A DNA stretch of 59,832 bases, filler included. It is 4 parts of 4 records of this genome, joined end to end, with 100 filler letters (N's around TTAATTAATTAA, not from the genome) between each part and the next. Parts side by side here need not be neighbours in the genome. Positions count along the whole stretch, not along the records: positions 1 to 23,271 come from SRR20825019_1782; 3 more parts are not named here. One strand, 5' to 3'. A program made the position numbers and the translations under genes. Positions 8,777-21,338 of this stretch are shown here, one piece after another. Within the stretch, counting starts at the first letter, position 1; each line of letters starts with the position of its first letter. The notes below the pieces were generated by a model. The model saw nothing but the letters and a program-made list of their open reading frames with translations, was not told the origin of the DNA and did no database searches.

Positions 8777-9668
8777 ACCATTGATCCGAGAAAGGGTTTC
8801 CGACGCCTTCCAGATCTTTTTCTTGGCTGCACAACTGGTTAAAAGCGCACCAGAGATCTTTGGCCACAATCTCCTCCCGACGCTGTGACAAGGCCTCTAG
8901 CCCAGCCGCGATCAGAAGCCGCGAAACAAACCCTACCCGCCCCAGGGTTGCCCGGTGAACTTGTGCTGCCATGGCTTTTGTCGCCAACATAGAGGCGTTA
9001 GCGAAAGGCATCGCATCGCTTAGAAAGAGCAATAAACATTGAAAGGCCTCAATCTCGTCCTGGGATGTAAAGCCAAATGGCTGAACGGTAACAATCCGTT
9101 GGGTCCGGCGATGCAACTGCTCGCTGGACGAAATGACTTGTGTCATCTTAGGAAGGCCGAACACGAAGATCGAAAGGTGGATTTTATCAATAAGGGCTTT
9201 GAACCAGTCGACACATTTTTCAAGAACTTTCTCTGTTTCGCGATCGATAAAGTGATTCAACTCGTCAAACACCACGGCAGAGACTTTCAGGTCCTTTATA
9301 AGACCGACAGCGCGAGTGGTGAGCTCTGAAGTCCGGCCTTTTTCAGCCCGAGGATCGCCAAGTGCCTCCAAGACGGCTGTGGCTAAATTTTTGACCGTGC
9401 TATTCGGAGGAACGTAGACAACCAAGATGGTGCCACCACCAAGGACACTTCCTCCGTTCCGGCGGACAAAAAACTCCATCAAGCTTGTTTTACCCAGACC
9501 CGTCGGTCCCTGAACAAGCATCATCTTGCCCGATTTCGCTCTTTTCATGCTGCAGTGAAAGAGCCGGAGTTCACGGGCTAACCGATCGATTTGGTCGTAC
9601 ACTTGGTATTGGTGATCGAGCGCTCCCAGAATTGTCACACGCTTTTCAACTTCATCCTCGGTCAACAT
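8769..9668 (-). CDS. tnsC: TnsC/TniB AAA+ transposition ATPase
   Basis: Walker A GPTGLGKT, Walker B VVFDELNH, QLHRR arginine-finger region; lies between tnsB and tniQ. Confidence 0.9.
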   Translation of the reverse strand: MLTEDEVEKRVTILGALDHQYQVYDQIDRLARELRLFHCSMKRAKSGKMMLVQGPTGLGKTSLMEFFVRRNGGSVLGGGTILVVYVPPNSTVKNLATAVLEALGDPRAEKGRTSELTTRAVGLIKDLKVSAVVFDELNHFIDRETEKVLEKCVDWFKALIDKIHLSIFVFGLPKMTQVISSSEQLHRRTQRIVTVQPFGFTSQDEIEAFQCLLLFLSDAMPFANASMLATKAMAAQVHRATLGRVGFVSRLLIAAGLEALSQRREEIVAKDLWCAFNQLCSQEKDLEGVGNPFSDQWCD

Positions 9669-11596
9669 TTGGACGTACCTCGCTCTTTATCCTGCAAACT
9701 TTTGCGAAGGGTCGCAATCTCTTGGTGCGTTGAGGCATCCGGATTAAGGGTGTTTTTAGGCGCCTTTGCCTTGGGTCGCCGCGGTGTCTTCAGAGCTGCA
9801 ACTGCGTGAGCTCGATCATTGCCGCGCACCACTTTCCGGCCGTATGCGGTAAGATGCTTCCTGATTTTTCGTGCTTGCACCGCCGCGTCTGAGCCCGCGA
9901 TAAGTGCCTTCTCGCGCTCCACTTCCTCAGCCCTTATGGCCTCATGGAGCCACAGGTCGCGCCCTCGGTATTCCGTCTTGTCGGTCGGCACCTTGATAAA
10001 CCGCTGCTCATTCGGAACTTTGACGTAAATAGCCCCGATATCTACAGGGTCTACTCTGAGATCGATTATGAAAGGCTTAGCCCCGAGCTTCTGCCAAAGT
10101 CTCTTTAACTCGTCACTCTGGTAAAATGTCCCGTGAATTTCGATACCACGCTTCTGCAGTGTGCGCGTCTCATGAATGGAACAGCTCATGCGCACCGATT
10201 CAGGGCTGGCTGGCAGGTCCACGGGGAACTGCTTCACGCCTTCGACCCACTTATTCATCGGAATGTCGCAGAGTGTCCTATGAAAACGGTGAACATACAC
10301 ATCGACTATCCACTTATGCAGACTCTCGTAGAGCTCTTGATAAGGTATACAAGCTCTCTGAGCTGCAAGCGTTACTTCAGTTGTATTCTCGACATCGGGA
10401 ATGAAGCCAGGCAAACCTTTCAGAAAACTGACCTTAAGCGTTCCAAAGAAGGACTCTATCGTGCCTTTCCAGTTGGGTGAACCGGGCGGGCAAATGACCG
10501 TATCAATACCCATTTCGACACACATCCGCTCGTGCGCTTCCCCGACAAACGGTGCCCCACGATCGGCCACCAATTTGTGTGCCAGACCATGAACCGGGTA
10601 TGCCTTCTCCACCGAAGGCAGGCTCGAAAGGAGGTCACTATACCCGAGAATACCACGCCGGATCCCAGCGCCAACACTTGCAAAATCCGCTCGAAACCCA
10701 AGGGAAATGGCCCACGGCACGCGCGAAAACAAATCGATCGCGACATATAGCCAGGGACGAATGACACCCCCACCAGGCAAGGGGATGTAAATGGGCAGCA
10801 TCTGATGGTCTTCATAGAGATATTGAAGCGGCGCAGTGGCCTCATAGCCTTTACCTGTCGCCCGAAACTGAAGGTCAGCATGGCGGCGTCCATGGTGGGC
10901 GACCGCAACAGTGTAGCAATCAAGGCTCCCGAAGACACGATAGCACGTCGCTTTACTGACCGTCTTTGCTCTTCCCGTGTACCCGGCAGCGGCGCGGATA
11001 TTTTCAATTCCGGGAATAATTTCTTCTTCGATTATGACGCGCTTCGAAGGTGGATTGACTTTCAAAAATTCTCGCTTGATGACCTGTTCGCAGAACGTCA
11101 TTTCTTCATCCGTGAAGGCATGCCTTTTGCGGCCGCGGCCACGGAATTTAGGCACCAGAACGTCGTTGTTTTTACCATGCCTGAGCCATTCCCGATACCA
11201 GCTCGCCACTGTACTTCGCTTTGGCGGACGTTTATCCGCAATGATTACCGCGACATCACGGATCACAGCCTCTATAATCGAACGGACGGATTGGTCGGGG
11301 CGACACGCACGGTGCAGCGACGTAACGTACCAAAGTCGCCTGCTGTAGACCTCCTTGGCTTTTCCGGTTAGGTCTACCCTGTAGCCGAGCTTTTCCTTTT
11401 GTTCTTCAGGCTGAAACAAAGTCAATTCACCTGAGAGAATTTTCGCTTCCAGATCCTCCCTGCTCATTGTGCGATGGCGACCGTTCGCCACAATCTTGAG
11501 CACCACCCCATGCCGAGTTTCTAACTCGTCGATTTTCAGGTCAGTATCACCATCAAACAAAATAAGACCGACGTGCAATTTGATCCGTTCACTCAC
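9662..11596 (-). CDS. tnsB: TnsB Mu-type DDE transposase
   Basis: D (YLYEDH), D (LVADRG), E (KGTIESFF); Mu-transposase C-terminal region (LRVDPVDIGAIYV); GGAGG SD before GTG at 11596. Confidence 0.92.
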   Translation of the reverse strand: MSERIKLHVGLILFDGDTDLKIDELETRHGVVLKIVANGRHRTMSREDLEAKILSGELTLFQPEEQKEKLGYRVDLTGKAKEVYSRRLWYVTSLHRACRPDQSVRSIIEAVIRDVAVIIADKRPPKRSTVASWYREWLRHGKNNDVLVPKFRGRGRKRHAFTDEEMTFCEQVIKREFLKVNPPSKRVIIEEEIIPGIENIRAAAGYTGRAKTVSKATCYRVFGSLDCYTVAVAHHGRRHADLQFRATGKGYEATAPLQYLYEDHQMLPIYIPLPGGGVIRPWLYVAIDLFSRVPWAISLGFRADFASVGAGIRRGILGYSDLLSSLPSVEKAYPVHGLAHKLVADRGAPFVGEAHERMCVEMGIDTVICPPGSPNWKGTIESFFGTLKVSFLKGLPGFIPDVENTTEVTLAAQRACIPYQELYESLHKWIVDVYVHRFHRTLCDIPMNKWVEGVKQFPVDLPASPESVRMSCSIHETRTLQKRGIEIHGTFYQSDELKRLWQKLGAKPFIIDLRVDPVDIGAIYVKVPNEQRFIKVPTDKTEYRGRDLWLHEAIRAEEVEREKALIAGSDAAVQARKIRKHLTAYGRKVVRGNDRAHAVAALKTPRRPKAKAPKNTLNPDASTHQEIATLRKSLQDKERGTSKC

Positions 11597-11597
11597 T

Positions 11598-12188
11598 TCA
11601 TCCTCCCATCTTCGGGTTTCGGGATAATAGGCAGTCGGGTCCAAGGCCTGCTGACAGGTCGGCTTGCAGCTGGCAGGAGATAATTAGCTGATCCACGTGA
11701 CCTTCTGTGCCCAGGTAGCTCACCAACTGAGCCAGTGTGGCTGGCCATTCACCCGGGTAGGCGTCGAGCCTTTCCAATAGTTGACGAGACGGTACTTGCC
11801 GTCGGCTTCGTCGCAGGCGTGTGACCGTTGCCCTGACGGAAGCATCGAGCAAGAAATCACGATCAAAAAGCCGAAGCTGCAGGCCTGCACGCTGCATGGC
11901 CCGGCAGGTTTCTGATAGAGCTTTCGGAAGGGCGCCCGCCGGGCGCAAATCGGCAAAATAGGTGCCTGAAAAGGTGTACACCAACGCCGGAAACTTTTGT
12001 CGGGCCATGCCGTTGATATCCGGGGACATCACTTGCGCACGAATATGGCGCACATGGGGGTCTACATCCAGATACTCAAACAGGGCCTGCTGTGCCACAC
12101 CACGCCACTTGAGAATACCGTCCGATTTCCTGCTGGCAATATAGCCTTCGAGAAAAAGGCGGGTCTGCGGAGTAACATCGATACCCAT
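11598..12188 (-). CDS. tnsA: TnsA-like protein with degenerate endonuclease motifs
   Basis: GYIASRKS...LDVDPHVRHIRAQ matches the TnsA N-terminal pattern; first in the tns operon; ESxLE/PD/EVK positions read RGVAQ/PA/DLR; GAGGAG SD before ATG 12188. Confidence 0.75.
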   Translation of the reverse strand: MGIDVTPQTRLFLEGYIASRKSDGILKWRGVAQQALFEYLDVDPHVRHIRAQVMSPDINGMARQKFPALVYTFSGTYFADLRPAGALPKALSETCRAMQRAGLQLRLFDRDFLLDASVRATVTRLRRSRRQVPSRQLLERLDAYPGEWPATLAQLVSYLGTEGHVDQLIISCQLQADLSAGLGPDCLLSRNPKMGG

Positions 12189-12385
12189 CAATCCCTCCTC
12201 TCAATACCGCACGCAGACAACAAAGTGGGGCGATGACGAGCTAACTCTTGGATTTGTATGCCAGATGCGAGGGCACAGCTGTTGATCCAGCACCCTCCAA
12301 TGGCTTGGCGCCCATAGAAGATCCCCGAATGCACCAACGTCGCCACCAGGTTACGCGTGTTGCAAAAAATGAAACACCAGGACAT
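12188..12385 (-). CDS. Small (65 aa) leader ORF coupled to tnsA
   Basis: AGGAGG 5 nt before ATG; stop overlaps tnsA start (TGATG). Confidence 0.45.
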   Translation of the reverse strand: MSWCFIFCNTRNLVATLVHSGIFYGRQAIGGCWINSCALASGIQIQELARHRPTLLSACGIERRD

Positions 12386-12721
12386 ATCGGCCTCCTGTTG
12401 ACACCTCCTCTAGGGTGCGCGAGGTCGAATGCAAGTCAATAAATATTCGCTAAGGCTATGAATTGCAGGGAGTTTTCATGACAAAAACACGGCATTAGAA
12501 AATGTTTTCCGAAATAAAGGAGGCGACTCGCCAACATTTTAGAAAATCTAATCTACAAATTTATTGCCATACATAAGTATAATAAAACCACTATTTTATA
12601 GAGTGATTATTTTTATTATATATATAACTAACAATTACTTTAAAAGCATAAAGATTGTCCCCCGAAACATGCCCGCAAAGCTTCTGGAGAGGTTGCGTGA
12701 AAAGAATGAGATGTTGGAAAA

Positions 12722-13072
12722 TCAGCTTTGAGCTTCAAAAATGGCATTAATCGCGCTGCGCGTGGCCTTCAGCGTCTTGAGATCCATCGCGACAATATCC
12801 GCAACGAGACGCGCTTCAAGATTCACGTGTTCTTTCGTTTTTTTGGTCTGGTCGGTGGTACTGCGGCCAAACACGAGTTCATCCAGACCACACTCAAGTG
12901 CCTGAGCCAAATCAATCAGCGTGGCAAGATTTGGCGCATTCACACCGCGCTCAACTTGAGATATCGTAAACACCGAGCGGGCTGACAGGCCAGCAAGGTC
13001 TTCCTGCGTCAGGCCTCTGGCCTTCCGGTAGGCGCCGATGCGCGCGCCAATGATATTTGCTAGTTTATCCAT
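12722..13072 (-). CDS. XRE-family HTH regulator
   Basis: IGARIGAYRKARGLTQEDLA...TISQVERGVNAPNLATL; likely start MDKLANII. Confidence 0.9.
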   Translation of the reverse strand: MDKLANIIGARIGAYRKARGLTQEDLAGLSARSVFTISQVERGVNAPNLATLIDLAQALECGLDELVFGRSTTDQTKKTKEHVNLEARLVADIVAMDLKTLKATRSAINAIFEAQS

Positions 13073-13190
13073 CCTAGTAAAATGCAACGGGTTTGGATGG
13101 CACTGAATATACATACCTACTATTTGACGCCATAAATCAGCGACTATATACTGGTTGCACATTCAGGTTTCTATTCGAGGAAACGGAACC

Positions 13191-13448
13191 ATGGCCGAAC
13201 AAACAGATAAGCTTGCAGCAGCGCATGAACTCGAACTGTCGATTGTGAATGCTGTCTTTGACTATGTGAACGACGATGACAGCAAGGCGGGATTTGGCAT
13301 CAGCGCAGCATTCAGGGCCTGCGTGTCGCTGGCCAAAAACTCCTCCATGTCACCTCAGACGCGGATGGCGCTTGCACAGCATGTTTTCCTTGACATGACC
13401 GGCGACCTCACACCGTCAACAATCCGCGGTGCGAACGACCGGCAATAA
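13191..13448 (+). CDS. Hypothetical 85-aa protein divergent from XRE
   Basis: GAGG SD before ATG 13191; helical composition. Confidence 0.6.
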   Translation: MAEQTDKLAAAHELELSIVNAVFDYVNDDDSKAGFGISAAFRACVSLAKNSSMSPQTRMALAQHVFLDMTGDLTPSTIRGANDRQ

Positions 13449-13575
13449 CAGAACGCCCAAGCCTATGGCGAGAGCGCCATTGTTACTGACAGTTCTTGAC
13501 CAGAACCGCAGGAAGTTTCGATCTGATGCGCACCGAAGGATAAAAGGCCATAAGGCCCGCAACCCGGCACGCAAA

Positions 13576-13779
13576 TTACGTTCCCCGTTCATCTTCGGGA
13601 AGCCTTTTCCGGCGCAATCGCTGATTGCTCAGGTCTATAAGCATGCCAGCCTTGACATAGCCCTCACCGTGAACCTCCCAGCCGTCTGCAATAAGCTCAT
13701 CGATTTGTTCCTGAACTTTCTCGTTCTCAAAATGCCGCCACCTGATCACTCGATATTCATATTCATCATCTGCCTGCAT
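13576..13779 (-). CDS. Small DUF4177/DUF1737-like protein
   Basis: YEYRV...IDELIADGWEV pattern; GAGGGGG SD; directly downstream of the tRNA-like gene on the same strand. Confidence 0.6.
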   Translation of the reverse strand: MQADDEYEYRVIRWRHFENEKVQEQIDELIADGWEVHGEGYVKAGMLIDLSNQRLRRKRLPEDERGT

Positions 13780-13856
13780 CACATCCCCCTCTCTCAGAGG
13801 CCATACACGCACCTACGCCAACGGCCAGTATCTGCAATCAACGGATATCAAAATGA

Positions 13857-13949
13857 TGATAGGGGTGGTCGGCATCGAACCGACGACCTGCCGCTTATCT
13901 GGCGCTACGGGATATAAGACTGCTGCTCTACCAACTGAGCTACACCCCC
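13857..13949 (-). tRNA. Atypical tRNA-Ile(UAU)-like gene with 17-nt insertion after the anticodon
   Basis: Minus strand: GGGGGTG TA GCTC AGTTGGTA GAGC A GCAGT CTTATA [TCCCGTAGCGCCAGATA] A GCGGC AGGTC GTCGG TTCGATG CCGAC CACCCCT A TCA; intact acceptor, D and T arms. Confidence 0.8.
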
Positions 13950-14477
13950 ACAAAAATTCACACGCGGCTTACCGGAGCATCATTTGAGCGGCGTCTTGTC
14001 CACGAAAATAGTGCCCCTCAAATTTGGGGGAATCGCAACTTTGATCTCCTAATCTTCGTTGTTTAAAGCAACATGAGATGGACCGAGCGAACTTAACTTG
14101 CCAAGCTCTACAATCGGTATGGATCTCGTAAAAAGTCATCACAGCGGCCAGATGGCGGTAATATCCACAACTGGAAAATGTCATTCAATTATGCCTCAGC
14201 ATTAGTGTACGAACCGGGAAACCGCAAACCTCTGCCTAACATTGGGCGACCAAGTCATCACATGCACCCTCAGGGAAATATACTCAAATATAACCGTGTA
14301 TAAGCCGTTTGCGATATACATGATTATACTTCGATAGAAACGAAAGAAATTGTTGGACCATAACGCGGTGTCCACAATCACCTACCCGTCGCATTCACCT
14401 AGGCTATTTGTGCGCCGTTGCTGGTTAACGACAGGCCGATCATCCTCAAAACCTGCTATTGATTCTTTTGGTTTCAG

Positions 14478-14502
14478 CCGCTCTCGACCCAAAGCGGACA
14501 TT
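14478..14502 (+). repeat. Hairpin boundary repeat, copy 1
   Basis: CCGCTCTCGACCCAAAGCGGACATT; 16/18 identical to 21816-21833. Confidence 0.6.
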
Positions 14503-14510
14503 CCGCAACC

Positions 14511-15440
14511 TTACCTGCACTCATGCACCTCGACAGTGAGGTGGCAAATGCCGATTTCGCGTTCAATACGGGATTTGTAGTGATCGGGGTGTTGCGGTGC
14601 GTGTGCCACCACAGACACAATAGCGGCGAGCTGGTTTGAGTTGAGCCGCCACACGTGCAGGTCGGCTACCTTGTCATCCCCACTGTCTTCGATCACGGTG
14701 ATGATCTTCTCGCGCGCGGCATCGTCATCGTGCCGGTCCAGAAGGATCGCGGCGGTATCCTTGCCAAGCCCGATTGCCCATTTGGTGATAATCACGGCAC
14801 CGACGATGCCCATCACAGGATCGAGCCACACCCAGCCGAACGATTTGCCGGCCAGCAGGGCAACGATGGCAAGGACAGACGTGAGCGCGTCCGCCATCAC
14901 ATGCAGATAGGCTGCGCGCAGGTTATGGTCGTGATGATGGTGGTGGCTGTGACCATGGCCCTCGTGGTTGTGCTCGCCATGATGATGATGGCCACCAAGC
15001 ATGAAGGCACTGGCGATATTTACCACGAGCCCCAGCACCGCAACACCAATGGCTTGGTTGAACTGGATCGACTGTGGCGTGATCAACCGTTCCACCGATT
15101 CAACCGCCATCAAAAGTGCGACAACCCCGAGCACAATAGCGCTTGAATAGCCTCCCAGCACGCTCACCTTGCCGGTGCCGAAGCTGAACGCATCGTTGTC
15201 TGCATGCTTGCGCGCGTATGCATAGGCAAACAGCGTGATGCCGAGCGCTGCGGCGTGGGTGCCCGTATGCCACCCGTCGGCCAATAGCGCCATGGAGCCA
15301 AAGGTAACGCCCGCCGCAATTTCAGCCACCATCATGATGACGGTCAGCCACACCACCCAGCGTGTGCGCTTCTCGGCATGGTCACTCGCACCATGGAAGT
15401 CATGATCATGTGTCCACTTGCTCATATTATCCGCGTGCAT
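14511..15440 (-). CDS. dmeF: CDF family Co/Ni efflux transporter DmeF
   Basis: SMALLADGWH, FSFGTGKV, His-rich loop, NLRAAYLHVMADALTS, DLHVW. Confidence 0.88.
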   Translation of the reverse strand: MHADNMSKWTHDHDFHGASDHAEKRTRWVVWLTVIMMVAEIAAGVTFGSMALLADGWHTGTHAAALGITLFAYAYARKHADNDAFSFGTGKVSVLGGYSSAIVLGVVALLMAVESVERLITPQSIQFNQAIGVAVLGLVVNIASAFMLGGHHHHGEHNHEGHGHSHHHHHDHNLRAAYLHVMADALTSVLAIVALLAGKSFGWVWLDPVMGIVGAVIITKWAIGLGKDTAAILLDRHDDDAAREKIITVIEDSGDDKVADLHVWRLNSNQLAAIVSVVAHAPQHPDHYKSRIEREIGICHLTVEVHECR

Positions 15441-15468
15441 TTCATGTTCCTTACTTTGGAGAAATCTC

Positions 15469-15494
15469 TGAGGTGGCCCCGAAGGGCCACCTCA
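15469..15494 (-). terminator. GC-rich hairpin with C(UUCG)G loop between czcA and dmeF
   Basis: TGAGGTGGCCC-TTCG-GGGCCACCTCA, 11-bp stem; no strong U-tract, so possibly a stabiliser or partial terminator. Confidence 0.6.
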
Positions 15495-15510
15495 TGACAG
15501 GTTTGGGGTG

Positions 15511-18687
<3,177 letters not shown>

Positions 18688-19950
18688 CTAATGGTCGTGG
18701 GACGCGCCATCTTTTTCGATGTCCGCCTTGATGATGAAACTGTTGTTGGTGACATAGCGCTGGCCGGGCTTTATGCCGCCAAGAACCTCGACCCACTCAG
18801 GCGTGCGTTCACCCAGTTCAAGCATGCGCACCTCATATGTTTCACCGACCTGTGCAAACACGACGGTGAAGTCACGGAAACGCTGCAACGCCTCGGGGCG
18901 TACCGCGAGAGGCACTTCACGCTTGGCCACTATGGCCTTGCCTTTCACCGTCATGCCCGGAATCCATTCCTTGGTGGGGTTGGCAAGTGGGGCATGCATA
19001 ATCAGGGTCTGGGTCGCGCTTTCAGCGGTCGGGAGGTAGAACTCCAGCTCTGCCTTTGCTGTGTGACGGCCATCAACGGATGAGACGGCAACCATCTGGC
19101 CGGGCCGCACGATGTCGGTATCACCAGGATAGACGTGGAAATCCACTCTGAGGCGCGTCAGGTCACCAATCACGAACAGTGGGCTGTCGCTGACGACATC
19201 ACCTTTCTGTGCGGTGCGGCTGACGATCACACCGTCCATTGGCGCTGTGATATTGTAGGGGCGCAGGCTTTCGTTGCTCTCGATCCGTGCAAGCACCTCA
19301 CCTTCTTTCACCGTTTGGCCTTCGGTCTTGCGTACCTCAAGGATTTTACCCGGAAAACGGGCGCGCAGGGTTGATTGGGCATCTGGGGCGAACTCCACCC
19401 GCCCAAGAAGGTCGAGTGTACTTTCAATGGTTTGTGGCCCCACGGCTTCAACTTCGATCCCCATCTGGTTTGCCATGGCGACGCTGATGGTCGTGCGCCC
19501 CTCATAGCTGTCATATGACCAGGTATGGGTCTTGCCCTTGTAGGTCGCTTTCACAGCCACATCAAACGAGTGCGGTTCCGTCACCACACCGTCACCGGAG
19601 AGGTAGCCTCCTTCGGCCTCAAACCGGAAATAGTTCTCCTCCCCGTCAAGCCTTGAAAGCGTGATACTGGCGTCGACGGCTGAAGGCGCAATGGCCTTGC
19701 CGTTTTCATAAGCAAAAAGCCGGAACTGTGGCGGTGTACCTTGCTCGAAAATCGTGACCTCGATCGCGAAGGCACCATCCTCCAGCAGGCGCCCGCCGTT
19801 TGGCCCCTTGGCCACTTCGTCATGGGCTGCCTCTTCGTGGCCATGCCCCTCACCGTCGCGGGCGTGATTGTCGGCCTGTTGCCCGCATGCAGCCAGCATC
19901 AGGGCCGCTGCGGAAAGTATCGTGAGTTTCTTGAATAGTGACTGTGTCAT
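18688..19950 (-). CDS. czcB: CzcB-type periplasmic adaptor (MFP), lipoprotein
   Basis: LAAC lipobox, His-rich N-terminus, KGPNGGRLL, lipoyl-like motifs, C-terminal ASHDH. Confidence 0.9.
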   Translation of the reverse strand: MTQSLFKKLTILSAAALMLAACGQQADNHARDGEGHGHEEAAHDEVAKGPNGGRLLEDGAFAIEVTIFEQGTPPQFRLFAYENGKAIAPSAVDASITLSRLDGEENYFRFEAEGGYLSGDGVVTEPHSFDVAVKATYKGKTHTWSYDSYEGRTTISVAMANQMGIEVEAVGPQTIESTLDLLGRVEFAPDAQSTLRARFPGKILEVRKTEGQTVKEGEVLARIESNESLRPYNITAPMDGVIVSRTAQKGDVVSDSPLFVIGDLTRLRVDFHVYPGDTDIVRPGQMVAVSSVDGRHTAKAELEFYLPTAESATQTLIMHAPLANPTKEWIPGMTVKGKAIVAKREVPLAVRPEALQRFRDFTVVFAQVGETYEVRMLELGERTPEWVEVLGGIKPGQRYVTNNSFIIKADIEKDGASHDH

Positions 19951-19951
19951 G

Positions 19952-21262
19952 TCAGTTTCCTTCAGGGCCGACCTGTACCTCTGCGCCGCTCATGGTAGTG
20001 GCGGGCATGGTCGCGTCTGTCGAATGGATTGCTGTCAGGCGGTTGATGTCAGCCTGCGCGAGATGAAATTGGGTAAGGGCGGCGATACGCTGGGTTTCGA
20101 TGTCAGCGAGCAGTGACTGCGCCGCAAAGACATCGAGGTAGGAGGCCGCCCCTTTATCCATACGCTCCAGCACGAGCGCCTTGGCATCCTCGGCCGCCTG
20201 CAGGCTTCCGCTGAGCTGGCGGGCGGCGGTGAAGGCTGCGCGCTGCCGGGCATGCGCCAGTCCCAGTTGCCGGATCAGGGTACGCTCCCGGTCGGCACGC
20301 TCATACATATTGCGGCTGACTGCCGCGCGCGCACGCCTGATGTTGCCCTGATTGGTATCATATAGCGCCAGTGGGATGGACACCCCGGCAACCGCGGCAA
20401 CGTCCGACGTATCCTGATGATAGCGCACACCTACCCGCACTGTCGGGTCCTGCACCGATTTCGCTTTCTCAAGCGACAGGGAGGCCTCAAGCGCCGCTTC
20501 CCGCAAGTCCCAGATCGCGAGATCGGGGCTACCAGCGACCGAGGCTTCGGTCATTGGCACCAGTGCGGCCGGAAGTTTGAAGCCTTGTCCGGCATCGACA
20601 CTGACGGCAGTCGCGTCCGCACCCCATAGGCCCGCGAGGGAGACTTTGGCGGCCATCAGCTCCTGCTCCGCGTTTGCCACAAGGTTGGAGGCATTCAGGT
20701 AGCGGATATGGGCATTTTGCACGGCAAGTTCGGAATCCTTGCCGGCTTCCATACGCGCGCGGATCGCGCCTTCAATATCCTTGAGGATAGCCGCCTGGGT
20801 CGTAAGCTGGTCCAGCCGCGTCCGGGCAGCAACCACGTCCACATAAGCCTTTTCCGCCGTATGGATCAGATCCAGTCGCTGGATATGCCATTCACCTTCA
20901 CCGATACGGGCTTCCTCCCGCGCAAGCTTTGTCCGTAGGCTGCGCTTGTTGCCGCGCTCGAACTGCTGCGCGTAAGTGACCGTCAGCTCCGTGCGGTCAA
21001 GCCCGGTGAACGGGCCAGTACCGGTAAAGTTTTCGAGCTCAGCACCTACCGTCGGGTTTGGGCGTATATCCGCCTGCAGGATGGCCGCTTCATACTCGGC
21101 AACACGTGCGCGCGCCGCCTCAAGGGTGGGGGAAGCCTCAAGCACTCGCCTGATGACCTCATCCCGGGTTAACGTGAGTTCCGCCTCTGCGGGCCCGGAC
21201 CATAATACCGCGCCGGCATAGACGCCGAGGGCAGCATGAGCCGCCACTTTAAAGATAGTCAT
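19952..21262 (-). CDS. czcC: CzcC/TolC-family outer membrane efflux protein
   Basis: RPNP, SIPLALYDTNQGNI, G-x-SYLDV repeats; first gene of the CBA operon. Confidence 0.88.
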   Translation of the reverse strand: MTIFKVAAHAALGVYAGAVLWSGPAEAELTLTRDEVIRRVLEASPTLEAARARVAEYEAAILQADIRPNPTVGAELENFTGTGPFTGLDRTELTVTYAQQFERGNKRSLRTKLAREEARIGEGEWHIQRLDLIHTAEKAYVDVVAARTRLDQLTTQAAILKDIEGAIRARMEAGKDSELAVQNAHIRYLNASNLVANAEQELMAAKVSLAGLWGADATAVSVDAGQGFKLPAALVPMTEASVAGSPDLAIWDLREAALEASLSLEKAKSVQDPTVRVGVRYHQDTSDVAAVAGVSIPLALYDTNQGNIRRARAAVSRNMYERADRERTLIRQLGLAHARQRAAFTAARQLSGSLQAAEDAKALVLERMDKGAASYLDVFAAQSLLADIETQRIAALTQFHLAQADINRLTAIHSTDATMPATTMSGAEVQVGPEGN

Positions 21263-21338
21263 GATGTCTACTCTCATCAAAAAACAACAGAGAGCGCGCA
21301 GCGACTGCCGCACGCGAGAATGTCAAGATTTGAAGAGA

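Larger units (their letters stand above)
6370..12385. mobile_element. Core of a Tn7-like transposon (tnsABC-tniQ) plus recombinase and res site; ends not identified
   Basis: Gene content and order; recombinase and tniQ stop codons converge 6 bp apart. Confidence 0.8.

Noticed and set aside
6410-12188. CRISPR-associated transposon or TnsF/Tsy-type element
   Set aside because: No cas genes or repeat-spacer array seen anywhere in the window; the recombinase is a separate convergent gene, not fused to TniQ.
12430-12720. Candidate Tn7-like ends (TGTTTTCCGAAATAAAG at about 12503 on +; TGTTTCGGGGGACAAT from 12669 on -)
   Set aside because: No convincing array of repeated TnsB sites, no matching opposite end and no target duplication found; ends left uncalled.
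13895-13911. Group I intron in the tRNA-like gene
   Set aside because: Insert is only 17 nt and cannot form a ribozyme core.
13960-14470. Short ORFs or structured RNA in the gap after the tRNA-like gene
   Set aside because: No SD, motif or stable structure I could support.
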